DNA of 64,000 nt from Botryllus schlosseri (Eukaryota): contig CM119385.1 of assembly GCA_051294905.1 (NCBI GenBank), positions 8,184,001-8,248,000 on the forward strand, written 5' to 3'. The stretch's first letter is position 1; every line of letters starts with the position of its first letter. The notes below the pieces were generated by a model. It worked only from the letters and a program-made list of their open reading frames with translations. It did no database searches and was not told the origin of the DNA. The position numbers were made by a program, and so were the translations under genes. This document shows positions 1 through 14,107 of this stretch, in pieces.

Positions 1-169
1 AATACTCAATTCAGATTCAAGTACTAGAATCGGTATGCCCAGCCCTGGTTTTATGTAGATTCTTCTTAATTTCGTATCATTTTGTGCCCGCTATTTTATT
101 GAATTGAAATGATAATCAAAACTATATCTGTTGTCGTGTCAGGATATTTTTCGTAAGGGACGTTTAGTC

Positions 170-3100
170 ATGGTCGTGTTACCATCGTCTCCAGTTTGGT
201 ATCAGACAAGAGGAGCTGATACCTCTCATTCGGGGATACTGGCTTTTGGATCGAGAAATTTGGTTTACACTCTGGATCTGAAAAACGAAAGCCCGGCAAT
301 ATATGGTGAGTCGATATCGCGGATTTCAACCGCGGCAAGTAAATATCGGAAATTCGGGTTGGTAGCTCCTGGTAACTCTCTCTAACATAGATATGTTTCT
401 ACAAGCAAATGGATTATAACAGCAGAAATATGGACGGCATCCAGCAGTTGAGAGGGTGCCTCAATTCTACATCTCTTTTAAGGCGACTATCAAGTCAAAA
501 ACCTAACTCTCAGTTGGCTACCCCTTTCACCATGAAATTTTCACAGTCGCTAGATGTCGCTATACGCTATGCTATGTACGAAAAAAAAAGTTTAGTTCTA
601 CCATGCAGATTGTGGATTTGAAGGAGAAAAAATGCACCGACACGGGGAATGCAAAATCTAAATATTGTGAAGCCCTCTTTTCAATCTAACGCCTTGACAG
701 TGCTGTGTTATGCCAAAATTTGAAGGAATATGTGCTACCCCTCTAGGAGAAATCCCATTTTGAAATTTCAAATTTCAGGTCATCTTTTTCGAAAAGTTTG
801 CTGTGAAGCTCTGTAATTCAGAGCAAGGTAGACCTAGGCCAAACGTCTCTTAGCATAACACAGGTCTCTATGTTAGCTTTTCAAAAAAACCTCAGTGAAT
901 ACTATACGACATATATGTCATACAAATTTTTACTTTACCGTGAAGCTGTTCAACAAAATTTTACAATGGAGAAAAACGTTAACAAACATTTTAGTAGTAA
1001 TAAAAGATACTAAATCGGTGCCGATGAAAATCGAAATTATGAAGTTATTAGTTATGTTTTGGGTAAGATGAGGCCATGAGGTAAGAGTATAGGTACTATG
1101 TCGATATTTCAAGCCAAGCAAAAAAAATTGAAAATTTTTATATTTTTTCAAAATTTTGACTTGCTAGTCCCCTTAAGAGGATATTAGCCTGTCTTACTCG
1201 AGGTGTTGCCCCTGTTTTTCATGAAATCGTTCGTTATAATCAAAATTGGCTACCATCAATGTAAAATTCAATTACTCTATTCCTTATTGCAGTGTATGAG
1301 TACCGTAGTAGGCCTACTACCATCCTAAGACTTTGTGTTGAAGCTACTGGATCATCAGTGAGCTACAGTCTGATTACGACCTATATAACATCTAAATTTA
1401 GCAGTGTCTTAGGAGAAAATCTAACCTCCACTGGTAGTTTACCTGTAAATATATTTCAGGTATTTTGAGCGGTCATACCGATAAAGTGACATCCTGCTCG
1501 TTTTGTCCACCGATCATCCAAGACCAGCTGCTGAGATTAGTGTCCGGAGCTGACGATTGCGTCGTCAAAGTTTGGGATGTGAAGCAAAAGCTGGTACTAC
1601 ACGAACATTCGGGACATGGTGCCAACAAAATCATTGCAGTTCATTGGTCTCCGGGTAAAACAATTTGTTCTACATGATAGATTCAAGAGGCATTTTTAAT
1701 GCTATGGAGTTGATCGCAAGGTCTTGATCTGAGTTTCAAAGGTAATCGAAAGCAGTGTTGGGATGACTCGAGTCACTTTGCTAAAATGACTTGACTTGAC
1801 TTGAGTCAAAATGTGCAATGACTCAAAGTGACTCGTGACTTGAAAGTAGTGACTTGATCCCAACATTGATCGGAAGTCACCTCTTGAAATCGCTTGTGCA
1901 TGATTCTACAGAATTCTCTGTTTCCACTACTCCTCATGAATAAATGATTTTTTATAGTTATCAATATTGCTGCACAGGTTATAGCATTTATCGGGATCAG
2001 TTGGCTAGATAAGGTCAACAGATTCGGCGCAAAAGCCGTCAGCCCCTAAACTGTGTCCTATAGGCTATATGGAAACAGTGAATTTCAGCATACTGGTAGT
2101 TGTTAATAAATTTCCACTTTACCCTCATTCACCATAAATATCTGAATATCATGTATGGAAGATACAAATACTTTCAAATCGACTCCACTTTCAACATTGA
2201 CCTGTTTCTTTGTCGGGTGTATGGTTCTAATGCAGTTCACTTTCACAGTCAATTCTTCACTTATATTATCTGGTGACGAGAAGGGGTTTGTCATTGCTTG
2301 GAGTTTGGATAGCAACAGGACAAACCGCTTCGATCCGGATGGCACCAGCCAGTTGAATTTGTGCTGCCTGACTTGCTCGCCACACGATGAGAATATCGTC
2401 GCGGTCGGTTATAAATCTGGCGCCGTTTCGCTGATGGACATCAAGAAAAACGGTAATGTGAGTACGGATATGAGTTACTTGCGGATCTAAGTTACTAGAC
2501 AAGATTTTCTTCGTTAAGGTTATCCGAAAACTACGGGCTCACACAAATGAAATTCACGGAATAGCCTGGATGCCGGATAGGAACGAAAGCCTTCTCCAGA
2601 GAGGCGATGAAAGACTAGATAAGCCAATAGAGTATGTACTGCGTGTGTCGTACGGTCGTTGAACTATTTTCACGGCACATTTCAAGAACTTGTAAGCTGC
2701 CTCATGCTGTCGTAATACAAAGTTTTAGTATTTTTGTAAGTTAGAACAAGATGAGGCAATTTTAGGTAGCAATCCTGGCATCGACATTCGTAGTTGACTT
2801 AGTCTTGTTTATAAATGTATGAATATACCATAATGCCTCCAAAATGACTGGAATATAACCTCATCTACTAATAGCAAGTCAAATTTTCCTTTGAAAAGCT
2901 TCTTTCTGTAAATAAGAGATTCACCTAAATGTTAGTGATTTGACACTGCTTCGTTGGCCTCCTGCTGTCCTGTGTTGTAATTATTTTTGAAATTGTTGCC
3001 CGAAACATTCAGTGGATTCAACGGCATCATCGTCACGGGTAGCAAGGATAAAACAATCAAACTATGGAGCATAAGCCGAGGAAAGTGTTTGCGCAGTTTG

Positions 3101-6100
3101 AAGATACCAAGTAGAGTCACCAAAGGTAAATGTATTATCAATCATTGGGTGTTTTCTGCATAAGCTGTTCAAACGTGTGTGCGAATTGTCAATTTTAGGC
3201 AGAAGAGTCAATGAAGACGTGGCACGCTTATTTACTACCGTGTACTGGCCAAGCGGGTCTCCAACAAGGTTTATATCGTCCGGCTATAATGGAGACATAA
3301 TAATATGGGATGTTCAGCCTGACGCGAACAATCTCTTCGAGGTTTGTACTCTCAGTTGCGTTGAAGTGAATTTCAACGGGCTGTGATATCTACGTTCGGA
3401 TTCAAGTGTGGTCTATAAGGTGTCACCTTAGTGTAAACATAGTTTGGCACTTTATTGAACGTGCGGGCATGAAGATTATTTCTGTCAAAATTGTTTTATG
3501 AATCTATGTATATTGTATACCTGTTTAAGTAGGCTCATTTGGTGTATTACCAAATGGTGGTCGGTGTGGAAATAGTACTTATACTTTATCGGAGTCATGA
3601 ATTAGTATATTTGTACTACTCACTCAAGTAGCTAGGTTTTTGGCTACTTCCACTTCTGCTTAGGGCTTTGTAGGCAAAACTACATTTTTACACTTTGAAT
3701 TTTTAATAGTGGAAAGTAGTTTTGGGTGAGTTAGCATCGCCTTTACGAGTGGAATTGTTGCCCGAGTGAAATAGCATCTGCATCACGGTAACTTGGTATA
3801 ATTTTGAAGAAGTGTCATTGTCTATAAGTAGCATTGAACCGACAAGATAGCGTAATGGTGGACCTCCCGGCTTCTCGATTGGTAGGTGGTGGGTTTGATG
3901 CCCGGCCGGGTCAGACCAAAGACCGGATTAGAAACCCTGGTATCCGTGACTTCTCCCGCTTGGTGCTCAGTATTTCCGGGATAGCATGGAGGGGTGGTGC
4001 AAGACTTAGAAAGCCTTACAAGGCTATATCTGCACCTTCCTTGTCCAGCGGCATATGCACATCATGCACTCATGGTATGTATATACCGCAAAAACATCAA
4101 GGACAAAAATTTACAACACCATCCAGAGACTCGTCTTGCAGCTTCGAGTGTAGCCATCAACGATCATCTGCTAAAAGAATGCGAACCTGGCCATATTTAC
4201 TAGTTGAAACTGCTGGAGTATTTTTCAGGCATTTATTTTCTACTTCTACTAGACATTTGTATTTTTAATCGAGTAGAAATTTGCGGCATTACTTCTACAT
4301 CCGCTGACTACTTTCACCATCGCTGATATACCAACCTAAATTATGGGCGTGAGCCTCACAGTTCGAGTTTGAAGCGTAAATATTGTCGCTGCCTTCCAGA
4401 TATTAGCGGCTCAAAGCCACGACACAGGGCATCAACGTATCGTTTTCAACATATGCCCCGGCGCCGATCCAAAATCCTCGATCCTGACCACGTCCATGGA
4501 CCGGCAGATTTTTCACTGGACCGTACCGGAAATGATTTGCGCACGCTGCAGCAGACCGGACTGGGTTCTGCCCACGTTGGGGGGATTCGTGTATTCTCTT
4601 GCCGTGTCAACGCAAGATCCGAGTACTCTGGCTCTCGGTGTTGGGGACGGAATGATACGTATTTGGAAAACTAAAAGTCCGAAAAGCTCTTATGACATCA
4701 CCATATTGTGGCAGGGGATTAAAGAGAAGGTAATTTGCGGGATTTTTGGTAATATATTCTCAAGTCTGAAATATATTTCTTTCTTTTGTTTAGGTCATGT
4801 CGCTGTGTTGGCATCCGTATAAGGAAGGGTGCCTGGCCTTTGCCACTGAAGACGGAAAGGTATCCTTGCTCTCGAATATCTGTTTTCTTTGTCATGAAGA
4901 AACTGTACAATGACGCCGTGATTTTTCGTCACCAAATGTAAGCGTTAATTTTCAAGGTCGGCGTTTACGACATACTCTCGATGAGACCTCCCACGTTGTC
5001 GACGACGTATCATTTGAAACCGGTGTATTCGTTATCGTGGGGGCCCGTGTGTGCGGCCAAGTCAGAAGACAGCAATCGCAGAGTCGATATCAAATCTTTC
5101 AACATCTATTCATGCGGTGGTGATGGGGTTATCTATCAACATGATTTCAAGGTTTGCAACTTTACCGATTTTCTATTATTGGACGTATTCAGGTTTAGCC
5201 CGAACTCTAAGCGCTATCATAAGGAAACACTTGCACGCTGACTACTGTGTCATGTGACCCTCCTGTTGTAATTGGACTCCTGTTTCCGTATGGACTAGTG
5301 GAAAACGCTCAATAATTGGTTACATTACCAGAGTATGGATTTCGGTGCGATAAACATTGATCAAATCATTGAAATGAGCAATCCCGGAAGTGGCCTGGTC
5401 TTGGGAAAACGCAGCGAAGTGTCATGGAGCAACGATCATCTCTTGCTAGGAATTGGAAATGATAACGGGTAACGTCGCGTGCCTCGTTCGCGTTTTTTCT
5501 CTTCGACTTACGTTCGATTTTCCGCTCAGGTCGATAGAGATATTTTCAGCGCCGTGCCTTGAACACATTGTGACGATCAAATGCCATTCGAAAATTGTCA
5601 ATTGTGTTCGATGGAAGCCCGGGGACTCGACGGCAGGTTTGAAATTGTTGCTTTTGGGAAGCATGTCGAAGATGCAGACACCTTATTCTTTCTTTTTGGT
5701 GCAGGTCAGGGATATGAAGTGGCTACCGGATCAAACCACTCGAATATATACGTTCATGATTTGGCCAAGGCATTTGCGGATCGTAACTATCGTGTTGGCG
5801 ATAAGCTGGGTATGATTCTTCCGTGTTGCTATCGGTACTGAAATATTCTAGTTTTCTTCCTATGTAGGCTACTTGTTAGAAAAGTATATTCTTATTGAAA
5901 TGAACCCGAATATATTCGGCTGATACTCGTCAGGGTTTATCGTCAGCAACTGGAAAGAACATTGTATATCTACAATCGTATCACCAATTATGATGTCACC
6001 GGCATGAAATTTTTAATACGGCGTTGATGTCGCCGATACGATTGTTGATATATAATGTTCTTTCCAATTCTCTACTACTTGCTGACGATTACCCTTGGCG

Positions 6101-9100
6101 AGTGTCAGTCGAAAATATTCGGGCTCATTTCACTATATTATTAATATTCAATATGATTCTGTAGATTATTTGTGATAGCTATTGCCTTCAGGCTTCATTG
6201 CCCAATATTTCGATTTTAGATATTTTTTAAGTATGCCATCTTTATACTTTCAATATCTATAGACTCGACGTGCGCAATTAATTCGAGTCTCCGACGTGGT
6301 CGCTAACTGTCTTGCTGTACTCGAGCCAGATTTTACCCGGCTTAATGTCAAAACATATATACTCAGCAAGAGATGCATTTTCATATCCGTTATTTTGTTG
6401 CCTTGCAAGACTATCCCATCGTTATATCGAAGCCTACAAAATCTCTGATGGGACATCTGGCACGCATCACCGGGATCTCGTACAACGCCCGTAATCCAAA
6501 GGAAATAGTCTCGTGCTCGTATGATGGAACTGCGCAGGTCAGTGGCGATAATTTCTGTCTCTATGCGACAATTTACCAATCCCCACGCTCATTTCATATG
6601 CAAATGAATACATCTTATAAACATATGTTTTTATCATTTGATATCAAGTTTAAATCCGGAAATGTTCGAAATCGATACAAAATTATTTGAGAACCAGTCA
6701 AATTTTATATGCCATTCTATGGCTTTGCGATGACTGTAGATCAGTGGCTCTTAACCTGGCTTCAAACGGCCCCCTTGGATTCGCTGACCCAGTCTCGAGG
6801 GTTTGCCGAAGAGACCCATGACAGACATTTCATTGTAAGTTAGAAGAATAGTAAAGCTACCCCATTGTTGGTATTTCGTCTATCAATCCTGATACTTGGA
6901 AAATAGAGCTAGAAACTGTTGAGGCTGAGGAAAATTACTATATTATCGATTGGAGCCATTCTATATCATTCGAGCAGAGTTGAAAAAAAAGTGGGTTGGA
7001 CCAGATCGAACTGAAAACTGAACAGTGAACATATAATGGCTTGTACTCGGACTCAAGTCAAAACACCATGTCTCGGACTTGACTCGGTGGTGAATTGAAA
7101 ATGACTCTACGTGACTCGAGTCAAAACTATAAAAGTGAGATTGACTTGTAACTGTGAAACGCGGGAATTGATTACAACCCTACACCCAACCCATATAGAG
7201 GAAATCACGCATCGGTATCCTGTAGTAATGTATTAGATTTTCATTTATCAGATGGACACGCTCGTGTTGTAAAATTTGCCCACTGTCACGTTACTAGTGT
7301 CATACGCCATCTTTAAAACTGGGTTGAAATTGGCTGCAATTCGAATGACAGGTGTGGAATACCGAGTCTGAGTCTCCGTTATTCAACTTCCGAGGACATC
7401 ACGGCCGTTTAATGTGCGTCAGTTGGACATCTGTCATAACGGGCGACGGCAATAAATCAAGCGGAATCATATACACCGGCGCCGACGACTACACGGTGCA
7501 TGGCTGGTATGCGGAAGATCAACAGCACACGGAACCAGTAAAAGGTTTGTATTGCCGTGTATACTAGTCTATTGACGTGTGTAGCAATTTATTTTTGTAA
7601 AATTCCCTGACTTTTACAGTTTTACCAGACTTTGGATTTGGTCCCAAAAATAAGTTCCAAGCGAAAAAGAAAGCCAAAAAGAAAAAGGGAAGTCAAAGCG
7701 CGCTGTCGACTTCGCAAAGTGCTGAATCGAGCACACCTATAAATTCTCCCATTTCACGTATGAACAATATAAAATGGTGGCAAATCATGTTGTTTTGTAA
7801 CTATGAGTCACTTTTATCCGGCAGGCAATTGCAATGGAGCTGACCATGATTTGGAGATGCTTCTCGAGGCGAAAAAGGCAGAGCTCATCGCAAACTTGAA
7901 TACATCGCAGTCTATTTCAAGTGATTTTATATAGATACTTGACCTTTGCGACTCGATATCATCTGAAATCTTCCAGGTCCGACACTTCCTAGCCCGGAAT
8001 CCAGCCGCCCATCGTCAAAAGATGTCAGAAATGAAACGTGGGTGATTGAATTTTACTACGATATTGTGAGAAAGAATATCTGGGCACTAAGAGTTTGCTA
8101 TTGCATTTCGTTCATTTTAATTGGGTGTCATGCGGGTACAGATATTAGCTTCCCGAAACCAAACTTATTGAAGCATATAAATGGTTAATCTTGGCGATTT
8201 TGCACAGTATTCAGGATCACAAATTCCTTCTTCTTGCATACATGTATTCTAAGTGAGAGTGGGAGTTAACTTAATATCAACAATGACATCTACGGTAATA
8301 ACCATCTCAAGCATAATTAAGCCTAGCTATCTGCATTCAATATGGTTTGATGCTCAGTAAGGTTTAGATAGCTGTAAGCTCTGGCTCATTGCTGTTCATT
8401 ATACGCATAAAAATGGGAACTGTGATATATAATAGTATGTAATCTTGAAATTGTTTCTTCCTATTTCAGTGTGACGACGAATCACGATGAGGAAACGGAA
8501 AGAAAACTCAAGAAACGAAGCAAGAACATGTTTCCTCAGTCTGTGTCCTTGGTTAGTTGTGAAATTTATTTGTTCTCTTGGAATCTCCTGAAAAATCTTT
8601 GAATTATCGCCTTTTTACATTTCTGTCGATTAGGATAACAGAAGGAAATCGGAACAGCATCAGGATTGCTTGAAAATCGTGCAATGGAAGATCGCCCGAG
8701 ACCTTCACAAAGACACGGAACTGCAATTTCTGCCTGGAGATATGGAACACTTGAATCTCGGCTTTTACACTGACAGAAGAGCCGCTTTTAGGTGATGAAA
8801 TGAGCGCCAGTGTCATTCCCAGTCGGAACTGCGGTTTCCTTTCAGTTGCAAAATTCTCATACCGCTAAACCACGAGTAGGATTAGTTAGGATATTTAGCA
8901 CATATGTAATATTTTTGAATAATTTTTGCTTAGTTGCTATTGAAATGATCAAGTCATAGCTATCTGTGTTTTGCGCCAATTTTTCTGCAGAGAAAAATTC
9001 AATTGAATAATATATTAATATTGGAACAAACCGGAATGATGTTGACTGACACTCGCCGGGGGTCATCGTCAGCAACTAGTAGAGAATTGAAAAGAACATA

Positions 9101-12100
9101 TATCAGCAATTGTATCACCAAATATGATGTCACCGGCATTAAAATCGGAATAATTTGGTCGGATGGCTCAAGCTCAATATGCTATTTTTAGATTATGTAT
9201 TAATTATGTAGTTTCTTGTTATTATTTCATGTGCCAATGTTATTTTCTTTATGGTTGGACAAACCAATAAATATTTCTCTCTCTGTTGGCACAAACTCCA
9301 GCAGTATGTAGAAAAAATTCCTGACTACAATATCTTGTGTGTCAATGAAATTAATACTTCTCCTCAGATGAATTAATATTATGTTGGTGTTTATATATCT
9401 CATAAAATCTGCCAATCCTGACTCCACAAACAGCGCAGCGGGCATCATGCGGGGCCTGACTGATAATCCCGCATCATCATTACACGATAATCACAGATTT
9501 TATGCTGTTCCTACGTCATGACTGTATTTTCTTAATAGAATGATGAAAAATGAATTCGATAAACTTCGAGAAGACAGTTACCACGACACCAGCACCAACA
9601 TCAAGCTCTGGATGGGGGATGTTGTGGGCAAGTATTCCTATTGCAGATCGCTAGTAATGAACATTGAGTACCTCGTATTATATATTTAAAGATATCATCT
9701 CTGTCTTTACATTTTGGTCGAAAGATTTTCAAATGCCAAAAGATATCATGCCTGTGTTGCTCTTACACGCAGAATCGGAAAACTAGAAAATTTTTGAGCT
9801 TTTCCGAATTCAAATTGGAATATTGAATTCGCAAAGACTCGGAAATCAAATCAAACAACAAAAATCAAATTCAGTTCACATCAAAATAGAGTTCATCCTC
9901 GTAATGTGGAAATAATGGAAAACGTTTGTACGCCAAGCTTGGCGCATTTCGCGCTATACATTCCTGCGGCATTGTCAGGAATACCAGGAATTATATTAGA
10001 AATGAAATTAAAGCAAAGACACATTTCACAAATTGATCAGAATTAGATTACAAGCATTTTGCTTTTATTATTCTAATTGGCCTACTAGAACTATCTAGTT
10101 GTCCAAGTCTGTTTACATGTAGTGCACTCAGTTTCTGTCTCGTTATCATTGACATTTGCTATCATTTTCGTTGTTTCATCCATTACACTTTTATCAAGAG
10201 CAACATATCGAACCCTGACACACTAATATTATTTTACATTTTTCAGGTGCTATCAATGACGCGGCGTTGAGTAATCAGTTAACGGACCAGCTTGTGGCCA
10301 TGGCACCCATGGCCGGACAAAGTTTTTGGCGAGGCACTTGCCGTAAATTCGCGAGGCAACTGATCGAGGACGGACACCCCTTGCACGCCGTCCACTATTT
10401 GTTGGCTTGCGATCGGGTAAGGAAGGACACTTTAATTTTAATTTGACGCGACCTATGTCATCCTTGTTGACGTCTCGTGCAGCCCGAGGAAGCCGTTGAA
10501 ACTCTGATCGCGGGCAGGCACTATAGAGAAGCAGTGGCTCTGGCACGTGCCAGATTTTCCGACAGTGACCCGCTGGTGGTGAAGACCGTGAAAGCGTGGG
10601 CCCATAAACTGAAAATAGGTATCTATCGTTGAAGTCTGGTGTCGGGATGATTTTTCTTTTGGAATTGGTGTCAAATCGAATTTGAGACGGTAGAAATTGG
10701 CGATCAGAAATTTTAGTACAGAAACTTGCTTGTGCGGTATCTAGAAGTGGTCATGGACAATGGACATTGATAAATTATTGTTGAAAATGTTTTCGAACAA
10801 CTATTTTTAGTGTCGTTCCCATATTAACCGCCTTCGATGGACTGTTATGTGATCCCTCGACCAATGCTACTAATTGACAATACCCAGTCAAGTACTTTTC
10901 ACAGCTTTTTTTTCAAATTCCTCTTGAAGTAATTTTGATGTGTTTTGGACATCGCTACTTATATTTATCATTGAGTAGAAATTTACAACGCTGGCTGTTT
11001 CGGTCACATCTGCCGATATCCATACTAACTAATTTGGAAGCGATGTCCGTTGTCTGTTTTATAGTTATGTTTCTACCTAGCCTTTTTTGACATGTGGATA
11101 TGCCGACTTCATTAGTTCTTTGTGTTTGCATGCATGCGTCACTGAATGAATCTAAGTTTGCCAACCTGAGAAATATGGCCATGATACTACTTGTTTTGTT
11201 CGGGTCTACATACATTTGCCAGCAAGCATTTTCGGCTACGAACATTAATAAGACAAGACTGCATTCCGATCTAACTGGTGTGGCGTGCAGTCTTTGCGAA
11301 GGGTTTGTACGCCTGACATGCAGCGAAAATTCAAAGAACTTTTTGGCAACTTCAATCGACCACATATATTTCATTGACTTCAATAGCTATTGAAGTAAAT
11401 TACGTTAATAAATTCACTGAATACTGTTTTTGGTCTCTATGCTTTAAATTTGAAATTTACCCTACAACGACATGTGTAACATAGCTGGAGTACACGGACT
11501 TACGGACACAAGATATCTCAATCATGAACATGACAAGAATTCATTTGTGCGTCTCAGGCGGCTCGGTGGAGTTGGCAGCAAAATGCTTTGCTTCCATCGG
11601 CGAATTTGAGGAGGCCGCCAATGTTTTATCGCAGAGGGCAACGTCAGGGGCATCTACTATTCCAGATAGCGACATCGCTTCATTGTGGGCCGCTGCCAGT
11701 ATTGCAAAATGTGCCAAAAATTTTGACTTTGCCTCAGCTTATGCGAACAGGTAAGAACGTCCTGGTTTGTGTATTGATGATTTTATGAAATGCCCGTTTA
11801 ATTCTGTATGGCAGAGCTGTGTATACCGTGTGCTGTCGCACTTGGGATTGGGAAAAAAATCAACAGATTCTCGCGTCCTATCCAAATCTGAAGGAATACA
11901 GGTACACGTTATTCTTGGCATATCGAGTTCTTATCTCATCATGCTCTTCTCATATGGTATCCTATTTATCAACAAGTTTTTCCTTCAGTTGTAACCAAGT
12001 CATGAGGTTCTGGAGTCACGAGCCATATTCAAGTTTAGCTTTTCGCAAGTCAAGCCAATCTAAAAAAAATGACTTGAAACAAATCTCTAGTCTCAAACGA

Positions 12101-13542
12101 TTTATGACTTGAGTCACTGCAACGCTTTCTATGTGATAGATATAAATTAGTCTTTGTCGCAGCATTTAGAAAGTCGCAATGGTATAGTTTTTGACCCGCT
12201 GTTCAAGTTCATTTCTGAAACTAAATGAAGTTGCTACTTATTTTTGACTTTACCAAAATTGAAATTGCAAAAAATTCGATCCAGTTATAGTCCATGATCA
12301 CCCGATCAATCATTTTGTCTTTTTACAACTATGATACTTATGTGTGACCTCTAACCGTGTATTTCTTGCTCAATTTCAGATTCATCAGTTTGGTCCACGA
12401 GAAAATCGTATCGATAATGCTGGAGAAATCACTCACGAAAGAAATACCGTCCATGAGAAATTCGTCGCCCGCAACTGCCGAAGCAGTGTCACACAGTGAG
12501 TAGCTGGAAAGACAATTTCAAATGCCGGAATTTTTTGCAATGTCACGATTCCAGTATGTCGTCGCGATAATTTGGAAACAATTTTGCAGTCCTTATTCGT
12601 CTTATCTTGCTATACTTGATTATGACTGCGTCTTTGTGTTTAGATATGTCATCATTTGTGGAATGTATATTGAACCGATGGCACAGTGACTTGGGCGCAC
12701 CTGGTGAAACCATGCTCGATTCAGAATTATGCCTCGATTTACTCAAGGAAGTCGCAGATAGGACTGATGATTACACAGACAATAAGTTTTTTCTTCAGGT
12801 ATGGTATTGGAAGTATAACATTTGTTAATATTCAAGCGGATATATCAACCATTTACCTAAGATAGTCTGGAGATCGAAGATTCAGAATAGTCACTCTCAG
12901 TCTCTTTTAGGATGCTGTCCTGGTTACATTATTTAAATTGATGTAGGTCAATTTTGCAACAAAAGTCAGTAGGCCTACTTCTGATTCATGAATCACGTCT
13001 AGTCTTGCGGCATATTCCAAATTTGGTATGTTGCAAGGTGATGCATATAAATATTAAGACTACATTCACAGGAATGAAATTTATAACGATCTGTTTTACG
13101 CACGAAAGAAAGGTATTCTTGATTGAGATTAACATGTTTTTTCCAGTTGTCTATGGATGTAGCTGCTGCAATCTGTACGCATTGCATCAACGTGCATAAT
13201 ACTGAGATCTGTGAAAACGCCGAAGATAATTTGGACTGGCTTAAATACATCGCACATGCGCTTGGTCAGATTTCGAAGTCTGGTGGTGATACCCAATTGC
13301 GAGAAGAATTGACCACTCTGCTATGCGCTGTAGTGAGCTGGTGTTTGAAAACGGGTGAAAGCAGCAAGGATCCTACGAATCTACTTTTACGCCAAGATGA
13401 AATTCAAGATGGAAAATCATCGATACACATGCAAACTGCTATTAAGTATATGTTAGACAGGGTGGACATTGATATTTATAACATTGTGCCTTACTTGAAT
13501 TCTAAATTGCACGATGTTGATCAATTGTTTCCGCTGAAATAA
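170..13542 (+). CDS. GEMIN5: Gem-associated protein 5 (WD40 repeats + TPR-like dimerization region), multi-exon
   Basis: Phase-consistent exons: 170-305, 1460-1654, 2249-2457, 2519-2631, 3013-3125, 3199-3341, 4400-4729, 4794-4859, 4957-5151, 5332-5468, 5530-5636, 5705-5809, 6410-6537, 7352-7544, 7620-7757, 7825-7920, 7977-8037, 8470-8551, 8634-8791, 9539-9627, 10247-10416, 10483-10618, 11558-11750, 11815-11901, 12380-12495, 12644-12798, then uncertain small exons, and last exon 13147-13542. Motifs [69 protein letters not shown] and [11 protein letters not shown] match GEMIN5. Confidence 0.93.
1753..1868. mobile_element. Small hAT-type MITE (GACTCGAGTC-rich family)
   Basis: TIRs CAGTGTTGGGA / TCCCAACATTG; flanks ATCGAAAG / ATCGGAAG (7/8 TSD). 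Confidence 0.75.
3836..4010 (+). mobile_element. tRNA-derived SINE (degenerate copy)
   Basis: A-box-like TAGCGTAATGG and B-box-like GGTTTGATGCCC, followed by CCGGCCGGGTCAGACCAAAGAC..GCTCAG..GGATAGCATGGAGG, which is shared with the copy at 27517-27776. Confidence 0.7.
5895..6133. mobile_element. Palindromic MITE with probable TA TSD; related copies near 9000-9150 and 29140-29280
   Basis: Ends TGAAATGAACCCGAATATATTCGGCTGA / TCAGTCGAAAATATTCGGGCTCATTTCA are inverted repeats; the internal ATGATGTCACCGGC core recurs in the other copies. Confidence 0.65.
9628..10246 (+). other. Non-canonical GC-AG intron in GEMIN5
   Basis: G|GCAAGT donor; splicing here yields [28 protein letters not shown] in frame with the next exon. 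Confidence 0.7.
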
Positions 13543-13639
13543 ACTTACGAAGCTGATCATTTTCCAATGTGTTATTGGTTGATTTAGGCTACGGCCTAGT
13601 GTTGAGAGGACGGAGTGAAATCATGTCCTTTATTCTCGG

Positions 13640-14107
13640 CAGGGCTGTGGCAACTCTAGTCATGACTCGACTCGAGTCGTGATTTTTTAGTGACTCGAGT
13701 CAATTTGTATATTGAGTCTACTTGTACTCGAGTCATTGCGCATGACTCGGACCAAGTCATGTGACTCGAGACTGGGTTATCACACTATTGTTTTTTCGTC
13801 TATCAGTAAAGGTACTTGAAAATGCTACCAAAACTGTTGAAAGTGAGGAAAATTAGTATATTATGAATCGATCGATGTCACCGAGCAGAGTTGTAAAAAG
13901 GGGTCTTCTCATGACATAATCTCGGAACTGATCAGTCAACACAACGACTCGCACTCGAGTAAAAAGACTATGGCTCGGATTCGACACTACTCCGTGACTT
14001 GGGCTCGGTCTTGACTCGATGGTGAATTGAAAATGACTCGAGTCAAAACTATAAAAGTGATATTGACTTGAGACGACTCTGAACCTCGTGACTTGGTTAG
14101 AACCCTG
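13640..14107. mobile_element. hAT-type MITE, about 470 bp (GACTCGAGTC family)
   Basis: Termini CAGGGCTG / GAACCCTG; perfect 8-bp TSD ATTCTCGG; similar copies at about 6830-7180 and 41759-42276. Confidence 0.85.

Noticed and set aside
385-1175. Kolobok/piggyBac-like element ending in CCCCTTAA in GEMIN5 intron 1
   Set aside because: It looks repeat-like, but I could not find the matching left terminus or TSD, so it was not annotated.
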